From NCBI GenBank assembly GCA_963814585.1, contig CAWFDF010000014.1, positions 96,001 through 160,000 of the forward strand: a stretch of 64,000 bases of DNA. Direction: 5' to 3'. The DNA is from an uncultured delta proteobacterium. GTDB taxonomy: Bacteria; Myxococcota; Myxococcia; Myxococcales; Anaeromyxobacteraceae. Each line of letters starts with the position of its first letter. The first letter of the stretch is position 1. The position numbers and the translations under genes are program-made. The notes beneath the pieces were generated by a model. The model saw only the letters and a program-made list of their open reading frames with translations. It made no database searches and was not told the DNA's origin. Below, piece by piece: positions 24,745 to 35,014 of the stretch.

Positions 24745-24969
24745 GTGGCCCTGCATCTCCTTGCGAGGGGGACCCAAGCTACAAAAAGGGCGTCATGTAT
24801 GCCGGATCAGCCCCCCGAAGTCAACGAAGGCGCCCCGCAAGCCAGCGAAACAACAGGCTTATGCTGGACCTGACTCGTCCGTTTTCCATTCCAAGGAGGG
24901 ACCCCTGCCCGGAAAGGGCGCGGATTCGGGGTGTTTGGGAGTCCCTGCCGCGCCCCGGAATGGCCGCGC

Positions 24970-26361
24970 TCAGCGTGAGGGGAAGATCTTGCCGGGATTG
25001 AGGATCCCGAGCGGGTCGAAGACCGCCTTGATCCGCCGCTGCAGGTCCACCAGCTCCTTCCCCTGCTCCAGCGCAAGGAAGTCGCGCTTGGCGAGCCCCA
25101 CCCCGTGCTCCCCGGTGATGGTTCCGCCCAGCGCGACCGCGGCCTCGAGGATGGCCGCCACCGCCTCGTCCACCCTGGAGCGCTCCGCGGCGGTGTCGTA
25201 CAGGACGTTGCAGTGGAGGTTGCCGTCCCCGGCGTGGCCGTAGGTGGCCACGGTCAGGCCCAGCCTGGCGCCGATGGCCTTGGCCCGGTCCACCATCTCC
25301 GGGATCTTCGAGCGCGGCACCGCGACGTCCTCGGAGAGCTTGAGCGGGTGGACCGCCTTCAGGTTCACCGAGAGGTAGCGGCGCACCTCCCAGATCTCCC
25401 GCCGCTGCGCCTCGTCCTGCGCCACCAGCACCTCGCCGGCGGCGTCGGCGGCCACCAGGTCGGCGACGCGGACGATCTCGCCGAACACCTGCTCCTCGTC
25501 GTTCCCGTCGGTCTCCACGAGCAGCAGCGCCCCGGCGTCGGCCGGGAAGCGGCCTGGCGAGGTCCGGGCGATGGCGGCCAGCGAGACGTCGTCCATCAGC
25601 TCGAGGCAGCGCGGGATCACCCCTTGCGCCAGCACGCGCGAGACGGCGCGCGCGGCGGCGGCCAGGTCGGCGAAGGCCACCAGCGCGGTCGCCACGTGGC
25701 GAGGCCGGGGCAGCAGCTTCACCATGATCTCGGTGATCACCGCCAGCGTCCCCTCGCTCCCCACCAGCAGCGCCGTCAGGTCGTAGCCGGCCACGCCCTT
25801 GATGGAGCGGTGCCCGGTCCGGATCACCTCGCCGGTCGGCAGCACGGCGCGAAGGCCCAGCACGTACTCCCGGGTGACACCGTACTTGAGGGCCCGCGGC
25901 CCGCCGGCGTTCTCGGCCACGTTGCCGCCGAGGGTGCAGAGCTCGAGCGAGTTGGGATCGGGCGGGTAGAAGAGGCCGTGCCGCTCCACCTCGGCCTGGA
26001 AGGTGGCGAGGATCACGCCGGGCTCCACCCGGGCCACCAGGTCCTCCCCGTTCACCTCGAGGATCCGGTTCATCCGCTCGGTGGAGATGGCGATGCCGCC
26101 GAGGACGGCCAGGCTGCCGCCCGACTTCCCGCTGCGCGCCCCCACCGGCACCACCGGCACCCGGTGGCGGCTGGCCACCTCGAAGACCGTGCGGACGTCC
26201 TCCTCGCTCTCGACCCGCACCACCGCCTCGGGCGGGAAGCAGCCCAGGTCCGACTCGTCGCGGCCCCACGGCTCGAGCGCCTCGGCGTCGCCGCGCAGCA
26301 GGCGTCCCGGCGGCAGGCGCCCCTCCAGCTCGGCCAGCGCCGCGGCCCGCGTCCCGCTCAT
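24970..26361 (-). CDS. FAD-linked oxidase, GlcD/D-lactate dehydrogenase family
   Basis: FYPPDP, GGNVAENAGG, GHAGDGNLH, GEHGVG, LNPGKIF. Confidence 0.9.
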   Translation of the reverse strand: MSGTRAAALAELEGRLPPGRLLRGDAEALEPWGRDESDLGCFPPEAVVRVESEEDVRTVFEVASRHRVPVVPVGARSGKSGGSLAVLGGIAISTERMNRILEVNGEDLVARVEPGVILATFQAEVERHGLFYPPDPNSLELCTLGGNVAENAGGPRALKYGVTREYVLGLRAVLPTGEVIRTGHRSIKGVAGYDLTALLVGSEGTLAVITEIMVKLLPRPRHVATALVAFADLAAAARAVSRVLAQGVIPRCLELMDDVSLAAIARTSPGRFPADAGALLLVETDGNDEEQVFGEIVRVADLVAADAAGEVLVAQDEAQRREIWEVRRYLSVNLKAVHPLKLSEDVAVPRSKIPEMVDRAKAIGARLGLTVATYGHAGDGNLHCNVLYDTAAERSRVDEAVAAILEAAVALGGTITGEHGVGLAKRDFLALEQGKELVDLQRRIKAVFDPLGILNPGKIFPSR

Positions 26362-27035
26362 CCGTAGACCTCGAGGTTGGCGCCGGTCGCGGCGGCGGGG
26401 GCGTCGAGGGCGGCGAAGACCACCACCCGGGCGACGTCGCCGGGCGTCATGTCGGGCGTGAACGGGGTCTGGCGCAGCATGGCGGTGTCGACGCTGCCCG
26501 GTGAGACCGCCATGGCCTGCACGCCGAACGGGCGCAGCTCCTCGGCGAGGCAGCGCGTGAGGCCGAGCAGGCCCCACTTGGAGGCGTTGTAGGCGCTGGA
26601 CCCGGGTGTCCCCAGCGTCGCGGAGATGGAGGCGATGTTGATGATCCGCCCGCGGCGCCTCGCCTTCATGCCCGGCACCACCGCGCGCGCGCACAGGAAC
26701 GGGCCGGTGAGGTTGACCTCCAGCGAGCGGCGCCACGCGGCCGGCTGGAGCTCGTCGACGGCGCCGCGAACCAGCACGCCGGCGTTGTTCACGAGCAGGT
26801 CGCACGGCCCGAGCCTCCGCTCGTGCTCGGCCACCAGCCGCGCCACGTCCGCCTCGCTGGCGACGTCGCCGGCCACGGCCAGGGCCGCCCCTCCCTCGCG
26901 CACCACCCGCTCCAGCTCGGAGGCGGTGCGGGAGAAGACGGTCACGGCCAGGCCACGGGCGGACAGCGATCGCGCCACCGCCTCGCCGATGCCGCGTCCG
27001 CCGCCGGTGACGATGGCGGTGGTGGGCGCGGTCAC
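26358..27035 (-). CDS. Short-chain dehydrogenase/reductase, probably NADPH-dependent
   Basis: TGGGRGIG, SR after beta2, NNAG, YNASK; GTG overlaps upstream TGA. Confidence 0.9.
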   Translation of the reverse strand: MTAPTTAIVTGGGRGIGEAVARSLSARGLAVTVFSRTASELERVVREGGAALAVAGDVASEADVARLVAEHERRLGPCDLLVNNAGVLVRGAVDELQPAAWRRSLEVNLTGPFLCARAVVPGMKARRRGRIINIASISATLGTPGSSAYNASKWGLLGLTRCLAEELRPFGVQAMAVSPGSVDTAMLRQTPFTPDMTPGDVARVVVFAALDAPAAATGANLEVYG

Positions 27036-27676
27036 GGGCGGCCTCGCCGGACACGCGGCCGGGGCGGGGCCGCCGTCCCGCGCGCCACCGCGGCCAGGAA
27101 CCGCCGCGACAGCGCCCCGTCGTCGGCCAGGACGCCGGCGAAGAACTGGGCGTGGGCCCGGGCCCTGGGCCTCCGCTCGCCTCTCACCGAGAGGCACATC
27201 TGCTCGGCCTCGAGCACGCAGGCGGCGCCTCGCGCGCCGGCGTGGACCATGAGCGCCTCGGCCACCTGCCGCGCCAGGTCCTCCTCCAGCACCAGGCGGT
27301 GGGCCAGGGCGTCGACCAGCCGGGCCAGCTGGCCGAAGCCGACCACCCGGCCGCCCGGGACGTAGGCGACGTGCGCCAGGCCGCGCGAGGGCAGCAGGTG
27401 GTGGGGGCAGACCGAGTGGAAGTCGATGCCGGTGACCGCCACCAGCCCGCGCCCGCTGGAGGGCATGGCCTCGGCGAGGATCTCCGCAGGATCCTGGCGG
27501 TAGCCGTCGAGAAGGTCGTTGGCCCAGGCCTCCGCCACCCGCTCGGGCGTCTTCTCGAGGTCGGCGCCGCGCCGGACCCGGTCCGGCAGGGCGAGCGCGT
27601 CGAGGAACAGGTTCACCGAGCGCTCCAGCGCTCCGGGCCGGGCCCGCCTGGCCGGCTTCGGCCTACGCGTCGGCAC
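27032..27676 (-). CDS. folE: GTP cyclohydrolase I family protein, divergent active site
   Basis: KTPERVA, SVCPHHLLP, AYVP, LARLV, CLSVRG. Confidence 0.8.
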   Translation of the reverse strand: MPTRRPKPARRARPGALERSVNLFLDALALPDRVRRGADLEKTPERVAEAWANDLLDGYRQDPAEILAEAMPSSGRGLVAVTGIDFHSVCPHHLLPSRGLAHVAYVPGGRVVGFGQLARLVDALAHRLVLEEDLARQVAEALMVHAGARGAACVLEAEQMCLSVRGERRPRARAHAQFFAGVLADDGALSRRFLAAVARGTAAPPRPRVRRGRP

Positions 27677-28055
27677 CCGGCCCCCGGTAGGTGACGCAGG
27701 AGTCGGGGATCTCGTAGAGCCGGACCTCGACCAGGCCGGCCAGGTGCGGCGCCAGCGTCTCCCAGATCCAGCGAGCGATGTTCTCGGCGGTCGGGTTGTC
27801 GAGGAAGTCGTTGAGCGTCTGGTGATCGGCCCGAGCCAGCACCCGATCGCCCACCACCTGCTTGATGACGCCGAAGTCGGCGATCATCCCGGTGGCCGGG
27901 TCGACCTCCCCCTCGAGGGCGATGAAGAACTTGTAGTTGTGGCCGTGCATGCGGAAGCAAGGCCCCTCGTAGCGGGGGAGCCGGTGCGCCGCCGCGAAGT
28001 AGAACTCCACGTCGAGGCGCATGCGCCGGCGGTCCGAGTAGTCGATGGTGGCCAT
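27663..28055 (-). CDS. queD: 6-carboxytetrahydropterin synthase / PTPS-I
   Basis: FAAAHRL, CX3HGH (CFRMHGH), DHQTLND, PTAENIA. Confidence 0.9.
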   Translation of the reverse strand: MATIDYSDRRRMRLDVEFYFAAAHRLPRYEGPCFRMHGHNYKFFIALEGEVDPATGMIADFGVIKQVVGDRVLARADHQTLNDFLDNPTAENIARWIWETLAPHLAGLVEVRLYEIPDSCVTYRGPGADA

Positions 28056-28105
28056 GCTCTGGTCTTAGCCGGGCGCGGTGCGGCCCGCCCGGATCGTGCG
28101 CGGCC

Positions 28106-28447
28106 CTACGACGCCGACGGCGGGGACTCGCCCGCGACGCGCCTGGCCTCCTCGGCCGCCTCGGCCGAGGCGTTGAGCGCGTTCTTGAGCACCTGGCTGG
28201 GACGAAAGGTCAGCACCCGCCGGGCCGAGATCTCGATCTCCTCGCCGGTCTGCGGGTTGCGGCCGACCCGGGACTTCTTGTCGCGGACGATGAAGTTCCC
28301 GAAGCCGCTGATCTTGATCTTCTCACCGTGCTCGAGCGTCCCCTTGATGGTGTCGAAGACCATCTCGACGATCTCGGCGGCTTCCTTCTTGGAGAAGCCC
28401 ACCTTCTCGTAGACGCTCTCGATGATGTCGGCCTTGGTCACGTTCAT
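28106..28447 (-). CDS. ihfA: Integration host factor alpha subunit
   Basis: ISGFGNF, GRNPQTGEEIEISARRVLTFRPSQVLK; downstream of pheT. Confidence 0.95.
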   Translation of the reverse strand: MNVTKADIIESVYEKVGFSKKEAAEIVEMVFDTIKGTLEHGEKIKISGFGNFIVRDKKSRVGRNPQTGEEIEISARRVLTFRPSQVLKNALNASAEAAEEARRVAGESPPSAS

Positions 28448-28465
28448 CCCTCGTTCAGGTCGAGC

Positions 28466-28506
28466 TAACTATTGAATTCGGTAGCCGATTTTCCATGGGC
28501 TGTCAA
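28466..28506 (-). promoter_or_regulatory. ihfA promoter with possible IHF site
   Basis: TTGACA-17 bp-TACCGA, then AATTCAATAGTTA. Confidence 0.5.
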
Positions 28507-28886
28507 TTCCGGGGACGCGGGGCCGGCGCCGGGTCCACCTGCCGCCTGGCCCCCTCGCGCGCTGCCCGGCTCGGCTCCGCGGCGGCATCGAGTCGCCGGG
28601 CGGTGTCCCGCTCCGCCGGCGCGGGATCCGGCGGGGCGCCCTGGACCGACCGACCCAGGCCGGCCGCACGTGCCAGCACGCCGGCCGAGATGGCCGACGC
28701 CGCCAGCCCGAGGAGGAGCGCGGCCAGGGCGGCCCGCCCTCCGTCCCGGCGGGCGCGCAGGGCCAGCACGGCGGCGCCCAGGCCGGTGGCCAGGCCGAAG
28801 GGCGCGGCCAGGGGGCTCCAGCAGGCGAGCAGGCCAGCCACCCCGAAGGCCACGGCCACCAGCGCCCGGCGCCCCGGCCCCGTCAC
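28503..28886 (-). CDS. Hypothetical small membrane protein
   Basis: 2-3 hydrophobic segments; fills the pheT-ihfA gap. Confidence 0.6.
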   Translation of the reverse strand: MTGPGRRALVAVAFGVAGLLACWSPLAAPFGLATGLGAAVLALRARRDGGRAALAALLLGLAASAISAGVLARAAGLGRSVQGAPPDPAPAERDTARRLDAAAEPSRAAREGARRQVDPAPAPRPRN

Positions 28887-28887
28887 G

Positions 28888-31287
28888 TCAGGACCGCAGC
28901 TCGGCGCCGACGGTGAGCGCCAGCCGCGCCACGATCCGCCCGTGGGCGGCGTCGGCCTCGGCGTCGGTGAGCGTCCGATCGGGCGCCCGGTAGCGGATGG
29001 CCAGGGCCAGGCTCTTCCGTCCCGCCGCCAGCGGCGGCCCCCGGTAGACGTCGAAGAGCGTGACCTCCTCGACCAGCGGCTCCTCCCGCACCACCGCGGT
29101 CACCGCCGCGGCGGCCACCGGCTCGCCGACCACCACCGCCAGGTCGCGCAGCACGGCCGGGAGCCGGGAGAAGGGCCGGTAGCTGGGCACCATCCAGGCC
29201 GCCGCCAGGAGCGCGGCGGCGTCGAGCTCGAAGGCCAGCACGCCGCGCGGCAGGTCGAAGGCCTGCGCCACGCGGGGGTGGATTTCGCCCAGCGCCCCGA
29301 GCCGGCCGCCGTCCGGCACGCGCACCACGGCGGCGGCGCGCGGGTGAAGCCAGGCCACCGACCGGCCCGCCTGCTCGAACGTGGCCTCGACGCCCAGCGC
29401 CGCCAGCACGCCCTCGACCGAGCCCTTCAGGTCGTGGAAGTCGGCGGGCTCGCCGCCGGCGGCCCAGGAGACCGGGCTGCGCCGCCCGGCCAGCACCGCC
29501 GCCACCACCGGCCGCTCCACGGCGGGGGGATCGCGGTCGGGGACGGCGCGCGGCGAGAAGGCGGTGGCCAGCTCGTAGATCCGGATCGTGTCGCGTCCCT
29601 GCCGGCGGTTCAGGGCGGCGAACCGCAGGAGCGACGGCACCACGCTGGTCCGCATCACCGCCATCTCGGCGCTGATGGGGTTCCGGAGCGCCACCGCCGC
29701 CACGCCCGGCTCGAAGGCCTCCAGGTCGGCGGGCGGCACGAAGGCGTAGCTCACCACCTCGCGGTACCCCTGCCCCTCCAGCGCCGCCCGGGTGCGGGCC
29801 TGCGCCTCCAGGCGTGGCGGGAGCGCCGGCGTGCCGATCGCCAGGCGCGGCAGGGTCTCCGGGATCGACTGGTAGCCCAGGGTCCGGATCAGCTCCTCGA
29901 CCAGGTCCTCCTCGATGCTCGCGTCGACGCGCCAGCTCGGCACCTCCCAGCTGGCCCCCTCGCCGTCCGAGTCGCGCTCCGCGAAGCCGAGGTTCCCGAG
30001 GATGCGCCGGATGTCGCTGGGGGCCACCTCGAGGCCCAGCAGCTGGCTGGGACGCTTCCAGCGGAGCCGCACCGAGGTCCGCGGCGCCGGACGCGGCTGA
30101 ACGTCGACGCGACCGGGTCGCACCGTGCCACCGGCCAGCTCGGCGATCAGCGCGGCGCAGCGGTCCAGCGCGGTCGCCACCATGCCCGGGTCGGCGCCCC
30201 GCTCGAAGCGGTGCGAGGCCTCGGTGTGGAGCCCGTGGCGCCTGGCGGTGCGTCGTACCGTGCCCGGCTGGAACCAGGCCGACTCGACGAGGACGCGCCG
30301 GGTGCCGGGCGAGATCTCCGAGTCACCGCCGCCCATCACGCCGGCCAGGGCGCTGGACCGGTCCCGGTCGGCGATGACCAGGTCATCGGGGTCGAGCGCC
30401 CGCGACTGGCCGTCGAGGGTGGTCATCCGCTCGCCGGGGCGGGCGGTGCGGACCACGATCTGGGCGCCGGCCACCTTGTCGAGATCGAAGGCGTGGAGCG
30501 GGTGGCCCAGCTCGAGCAGCACCAGGTTGGTGACGTCGACCACGTTGGAGATGGCGCGGATGCCGCATCGCTCCAGCCGCCGCTGCAGCCAGAGCGGCGA
30601 GGGTCCGATGGTGACCCCCTCGACCACCCGGGCGGCGTACCGGGCACACTTCTCCGGCGCCTCGATGCGGACCGCCACCGCCTCGGCGGCGGGCGGGCCC
30701 TCCTCGTGCGGCGCGGCGGCCGGGCGCTTCAAGGGGGTCCCCAGCGCGGCCGCCACCTCCCGGGCGATCCCCAGGTGGGAGAGGGCGTCGGGCCGGTTGG
30801 GCGTGACGTTGACCTCGAGGAGCACGTCCTCGAGCTGGAGCGCCTTGGCGATGGGCGTGCCGGGCGCCAGGCCGGGGTCGAGGATGAGCAGGCCGCTGGC
30901 GTCCTCGGAGAGCCCCAGCTCACGGGCCGAGCAGAGCATCCCGAACGACTCGACGCCACGGAGCTTCGCCTTCGAGATCCTGGTCCCGCCCGGCAGCGTG
31001 GTCCCGACGGTGGCCAGCGGCACCAGGTCGCCGACCTGGTAGTTCTTCGCGCCGCAGACCACCTGCAGCGGCTGGCCGTCTCCGCGATCGACGGAGGTGA
31101 CCGAGAGCTTCTCGGCGTCGGGGTGCTTCACCGAGGAGAGGATGCGGGCCACCACCACCCCCTCCAGCCCCTGCCCGGTCCGCTCCATGGCCTCGACCTC
31201 GAGGCCGACGGCGGTGAGGCGCTTCGCCACCTCCTCCGGCGACGGCAGGTCGACGTACTCGGACAGCCACTGAAGAGAGATCCGCAT
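28888..31287 (-). CDS. pheT: Phenylalanine-tRNA ligase beta subunit
   Basis: HPDAEKL, VVCGAKN, TPNRPDALS, RFERG, FDVYRG. Confidence 0.97.
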   Translation of the reverse strand: MRISLQWLSEYVDLPSPEEVAKRLTAVGLEVEAMERTGQGLEGVVVARILSSVKHPDAEKLSVTSVDRGDGQPLQVVCGAKNYQVGDLVPLATVGTTLPGGTRISKAKLRGVESFGMLCSARELGLSEDASGLLILDPGLAPGTPIAKALQLEDVLLEVNVTPNRPDALSHLGIAREVAAALGTPLKRPAAAPHEEGPPAAEAVAVRIEAPEKCARYAARVVEGVTIGPSPLWLQRRLERCGIRAISNVVDVTNLVLLELGHPLHAFDLDKVAGAQIVVRTARPGERMTTLDGQSRALDPDDLVIADRDRSSALAGVMGGGDSEISPGTRRVLVESAWFQPGTVRRTARRHGLHTEASHRFERGADPGMVATALDRCAALIAELAGGTVRPGRVDVQPRPAPRTSVRLRWKRPSQLLGLEVAPSDIRRILGNLGFAERDSDGEGASWEVPSWRVDASIEEDLVEELIRTLGYQSIPETLPRLAIGTPALPPRLEAQARTRAALEGQGYREVVSYAFVPPADLEAFEPGVAAVALRNPISAEMAVMRTSVVPSLLRFAALNRRQGRDTIRIYELATAFSPRAVPDRDPPAVERPVVAAVLAGRRSPVSWAAGGEPADFHDLKGSVEGVLAALGVEATFEQAGRSVAWLHPRAAAVVRVPDGGRLGALGEIHPRVAQAFDLPRGVLAFELDAAALLAAAWMVPSYRPFSRLPAVLRDLAVVVGEPVAAAAVTAVVREEPLVEEVTLFDVYRGPPLAAGRKSLALAIRYRAPDRTLTDAEADAAHGRIVARLALTVGAELRS

Positions 31288-31311
31288 GGGCGCCGCGCCC
31301 TCCGAGGGGGG

Positions 31312-32391
31312 CTAGAACTGCTCGAGGAAGCGGAGGTCGTTCTCGAAGAAGAGCCGCAGGTCGTCGATGCCGAACCGCCGCATGGCCATCCGCTCCACCC
31401 CCATGCCGAAGGCGAAGCCGGTGTAGCGGGCCGGGTCGTAGCCCACGTTGGCCAGCAGCCTGGGGTGGACCATGCCGGCGCCCAGCACCTCCAGCCAGCC
31501 GGTCTCCTTGCAGGTGCCGCAGCGCTTGCCGTCGCGCTGGCCGGTCCCGCGGCAGCTGTAGCAGGAGACGTCCACCTCGGCGCCCGGCTCGACGAAGGGG
31601 AAGTAGCTGGGACGGACGCGCGTCTGCGTCCCCGCCCCGAAGAAGGCCCGGGCGAATGCGGCCAGCGTGCCCTTCAGGTCGGCGAAGGTGATCCCCTCGT
31701 CGACGCAGAGCCCCTCGACCTGGTGGAACATGGGCGAGTGGGTCATGTCGTAGTCGGATCGGTAGACCCGCCCCGGGCAGATGACGCGGATGGGCGGCTG
31801 GCCGGCCCGCAGCATGGCGCGGATCTGCACCGGCGAGGTGTGGGTGCGCAGCACCACGTCACCCTTCCGCTCGCCCGGGCCGAGCGTGGCCTCGTCGACG
31901 TAGAAGGTGTCCTGCATGTCCCGGGCGGGGTGATCGGCGGGGATGTTGAGGGCCTCGAAGTTGTACCAGTCGAGCTCGATCTCGGGGCCCTCGGTCACGT
32001 CGTAGCCGAGCCGCTGGAAGATGGCGACGACGTCCTCGAGCGCCTGGGTGACCGGGTGGCGGCCACCTCGCGGCGCCAGGGCGCGTCCCGGCAGCGTGAC
32101 GTCGAGCGCAGGGCCCGAGAGCTCGGCCTCCAGCGCGGCGCCGGAGAGCGCCTGCCTGCGGGCCGTGAGCAGCGCCTCGACCTGGTCGCGGACGCGGTTG
32201 GCCACCTCGCCGACGGCGGGGCGGGCCTCGGCCGGCAAGGCGCCCATGCCGCGCAGGACCGCGGAGAGCTCTCCCTTCTTCCCGAGGAACCGGACGCGCA
32301 GCTCCTCGAGCGCCCGCTCGTCGGCGGCCGAGGCGGTGGCCTGGCGCGCTCCGGCGGCGAGCGACTCCAGCTGTTCCAGCAGGTCGGCCAC
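31312..32391 (-). CDS. pheS: Phenylalanine-tRNA ligase alpha subunit
   Basis: [36 protein letters not shown]. Confidence 0.97.
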   Translation of the reverse strand: MADLLEQLESLAAGARQATASAADERALEELRVRFLGKKGELSAVLRGMGALPAEARPAVGEVANRVRDQVEALLTARRQALSGAALEAELSGPALDVTLPGRALAPRGGRHPVTQALEDVVAIFQRLGYDVTEGPEIELDWYNFEALNIPADHPARDMQDTFYVDEATLGPGERKGDVVLRTHTSPVQIRAMLRAGQPPIRVICPGRVYRSDYDMTHSPMFHQVEGLCVDEGITFADLKGTLAAFARAFFGAGTQTRVRPSYFPFVEPGAEVDVSCYSCRGTGQRDGKRCGTCKETGWLEVLGAGMVHPRLLANVGYDPARYTGFAFGMGVERMAMRRFGIDDLRLFFENDLRFLEQF

Positions 32392-32422
32392 GCCGCCCCC
32401 TCTCAGTGGCTGGGCCGGGGCG

Positions 32423-32767
32423 CTAGGCGCGGGCGGCCTTGACCACGGCGGCGAAGTCGCCGGGCGCGGAGACCGCCAGGTCGGCCAGGATCTTCCGGTC
32501 GACGATCACCCCGGCCGTCTTGAGGGCCGCGGTGAGCTTCGAGTAGGTGGTCCCGTTCAGCCGCGCCGCCGCGTTGATGCGGACGATCCAGAGGGCGCGG
32601 AAGTCACGCCGCTTCTGCCTCCGGTCACGGGTGGCGTAGTCCTGGGCGCGCTCGACGGCCTGGTTGGCGCGCTTGTAGCAATTCTTGCGGCGGCCGCGGA
32701 ACCCCTTGGCCAGCTTGAGAACGCGGTTACGGCGACGACGGGCCTTGATCCCCTTCTTGACTCGCAT
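32423..32767 (-). CDS. rplT: 50S ribosomal protein L20
   Basis: [31 protein letters not shown]. Confidence 0.97.
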   Translation of the reverse strand: MRVKKGIKARRRRNRVLKLAKGFRGRRKNCYKRANQAVERAQDYATRDRRQKRRDFRALWIVRINAAARLNGTTYSKLTAALKTAGVIVDRKILADLAVSAPGDFAAVVKAARA

Positions 32768-32848
32768 CTGCTACTCCTCTCGCCGGCGGGAGGCGACCGA
32801 CTGGTCGCGCTTGTGGACCCCGCCTGGCAGCTGTGGAACCGCGGACGG

Positions 32849-33052
32849 CTAGCGGCCGTACGGGAAGCACTCCTTGATCTTCTTCGCATCCGAGGCGTCC
32901 AGGTGGCTGGTGCCGCGGAGGCCGCGCTTCTGCTTCGGGGTCTTCCCGAAGGTCGCCAGGTGTCGGACCCCGGCGTGACGGAACTTCACCTGGCCGGACT
33001 TCTTCACGCTGAAGCGCTTCTTGGCGCCGCTGTTGGTCTTGAGCTTGGGCAT
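32849..33052 (-). CDS. rpmI: 50S ribosomal protein L35
   Basis: MPKLKTNSGAKKRF, KQKRGLR. Confidence 0.96.
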   Translation of the reverse strand: MPKLKTNSGAKKRFSVKKSGQVKFRHAGVRHLATFGKTPKQKRGLRGTSHLDASDAKKIKECFPYGR

Positions 33053-33108
33053 CTTCCGGTCTCTCTTCTCTTCCTGGTGAGCGCGCCGCGGGCGTCGCGG
33101 CGGTGTGA

Positions 33109-33804
33109 CTACGGTTCGGCCGCCGGCCCGGGGGCGGCGTCGGCCGGGGCCTCCGCGACGGGCGCGGCCTCCGCGGCAGCGGCCGCGACGGGCGCCGGGG
33201 CGCCGCCGGGCTCGGCAGCGGCCTTGGCGGCCTTGGCCGCCGCCTCGGCGCGGGAGCGGTTCGCCTGCAGCATCTTCGGGTTGGGGGCGAGGATCATGAA
33301 CATCTGGCGCCCTTCCATGCGGGGCGCCGCCTCGATCACCGCCACGTCCTTCAGGTCCTCGATGATCTCCTGCAGCACCTTCTGGCCGAGCTCGCGGTGG
33401 GACATCTCGCGGCCTCGGAACATGACGGTGATGCGGGCCTTGTTGGAGTCCTCGAGGAACTCCCGGACCTTCTTGATCTTGACGTTGTAGTCGTGCTCCT
33501 CGGTGCGAGGCCGGAACTTCACCTCCTTGAGCAGCACCACCACCTGGTTCTTCTTGGCCTCGTTCTGCTTCTTCTTCTCGAGGTACTTGAACTTCCCGTA
33601 GTCCATGATCTTGCAGACGGGAGGCTTGGCGAGCGGGCTGACCTCGACGAGGTCCATCCCCTCCTCCTGCGCCCGGGACAGCGCCTGATCGATGGTCAGC
33701 ACGCCGAGCTGCTCGCCAGACGCACCGATGACACGCACCTCACGCGCCTTGATCCGGCGGTTGGTGCGCGCGTCACGGTTGGTCCTCTGATCCCGCTGAT
33801 TCAG
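33109..33804 (-). CDS. infC: Translation initiation factor IF-3, probable CTG start, Ala/Pro C-terminal extension
   Basis: NRRIKAREVRVIG, DLVEVSP, PPVCKIMDYGKF, FRGRE; AAGGAG 6 nt before in-frame CTG at 33804. Confidence 0.95.
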   Translation of the reverse strand: MNQRDQRTNRDARTNRRIKAREVRVIGASGEQLGVLTIDQALSRAQEEGMDLVEVSPLAKPPVCKIMDYGKFKYLEKKKQNEAKKNQVVVLLKEVKFRPRTEEHDYNVKIKKVREFLEDSNKARITVMFRGREMSHRELGQKVLQEIIEDLKDVAVIEAAPRMEGRQMFMILAPNPKMLQANRSRAEAAAKAAKAAAEPGGAPAPVAAAAAEAAPVAEAPADAAPGPAAEP

Positions 33805-33874
33805 ACCCGGCTCCTTGGGGAAGTCCCCTGCCGGCCCTGGCGATGCGCCCCGGGCCGGCCCGAAAAGAACGCGT

Positions 33875-33902
33875 AGGATATGGATCTCGCGGGCAAAGTC
33901 AA
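33875..33902 (-). promoter_or_regulatory. Sigma70-type promoter upstream of infC
   Basis: TTGACT-16 bp-TATCCT. Confidence 0.6.
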
Positions 33903-33961
33903 ACGGGGAGGCCGGCGCGACCCCGCCGCCGGCCTCCGCCCGCGCCCCGACGGCTCTTCCG

Positions 33962-35014
<1,053 letters not shown>

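Noticed and set aside
24790..24865. Sigma54 promoter and IHF site upstream of korA
   Set aside because: GG-N10-GC spacing is present (GGCATACATGACGC) but the -12 lacks TTGC and the IHF match is poor.
31500..31570. CxxC...CxxC insert in PheS as a novelty
   Set aside because: This zinc-knuckle-like segment is common in bacterial PheS.
28495..32442. 1315-aa plus-strand ORF and other long antisense ORFs (10653-13244, 39742-42324, 42210-44291, 50530-52401)
   Set aside because: Shadow frames of real genes in high-GC DNA; no recognisable motifs.
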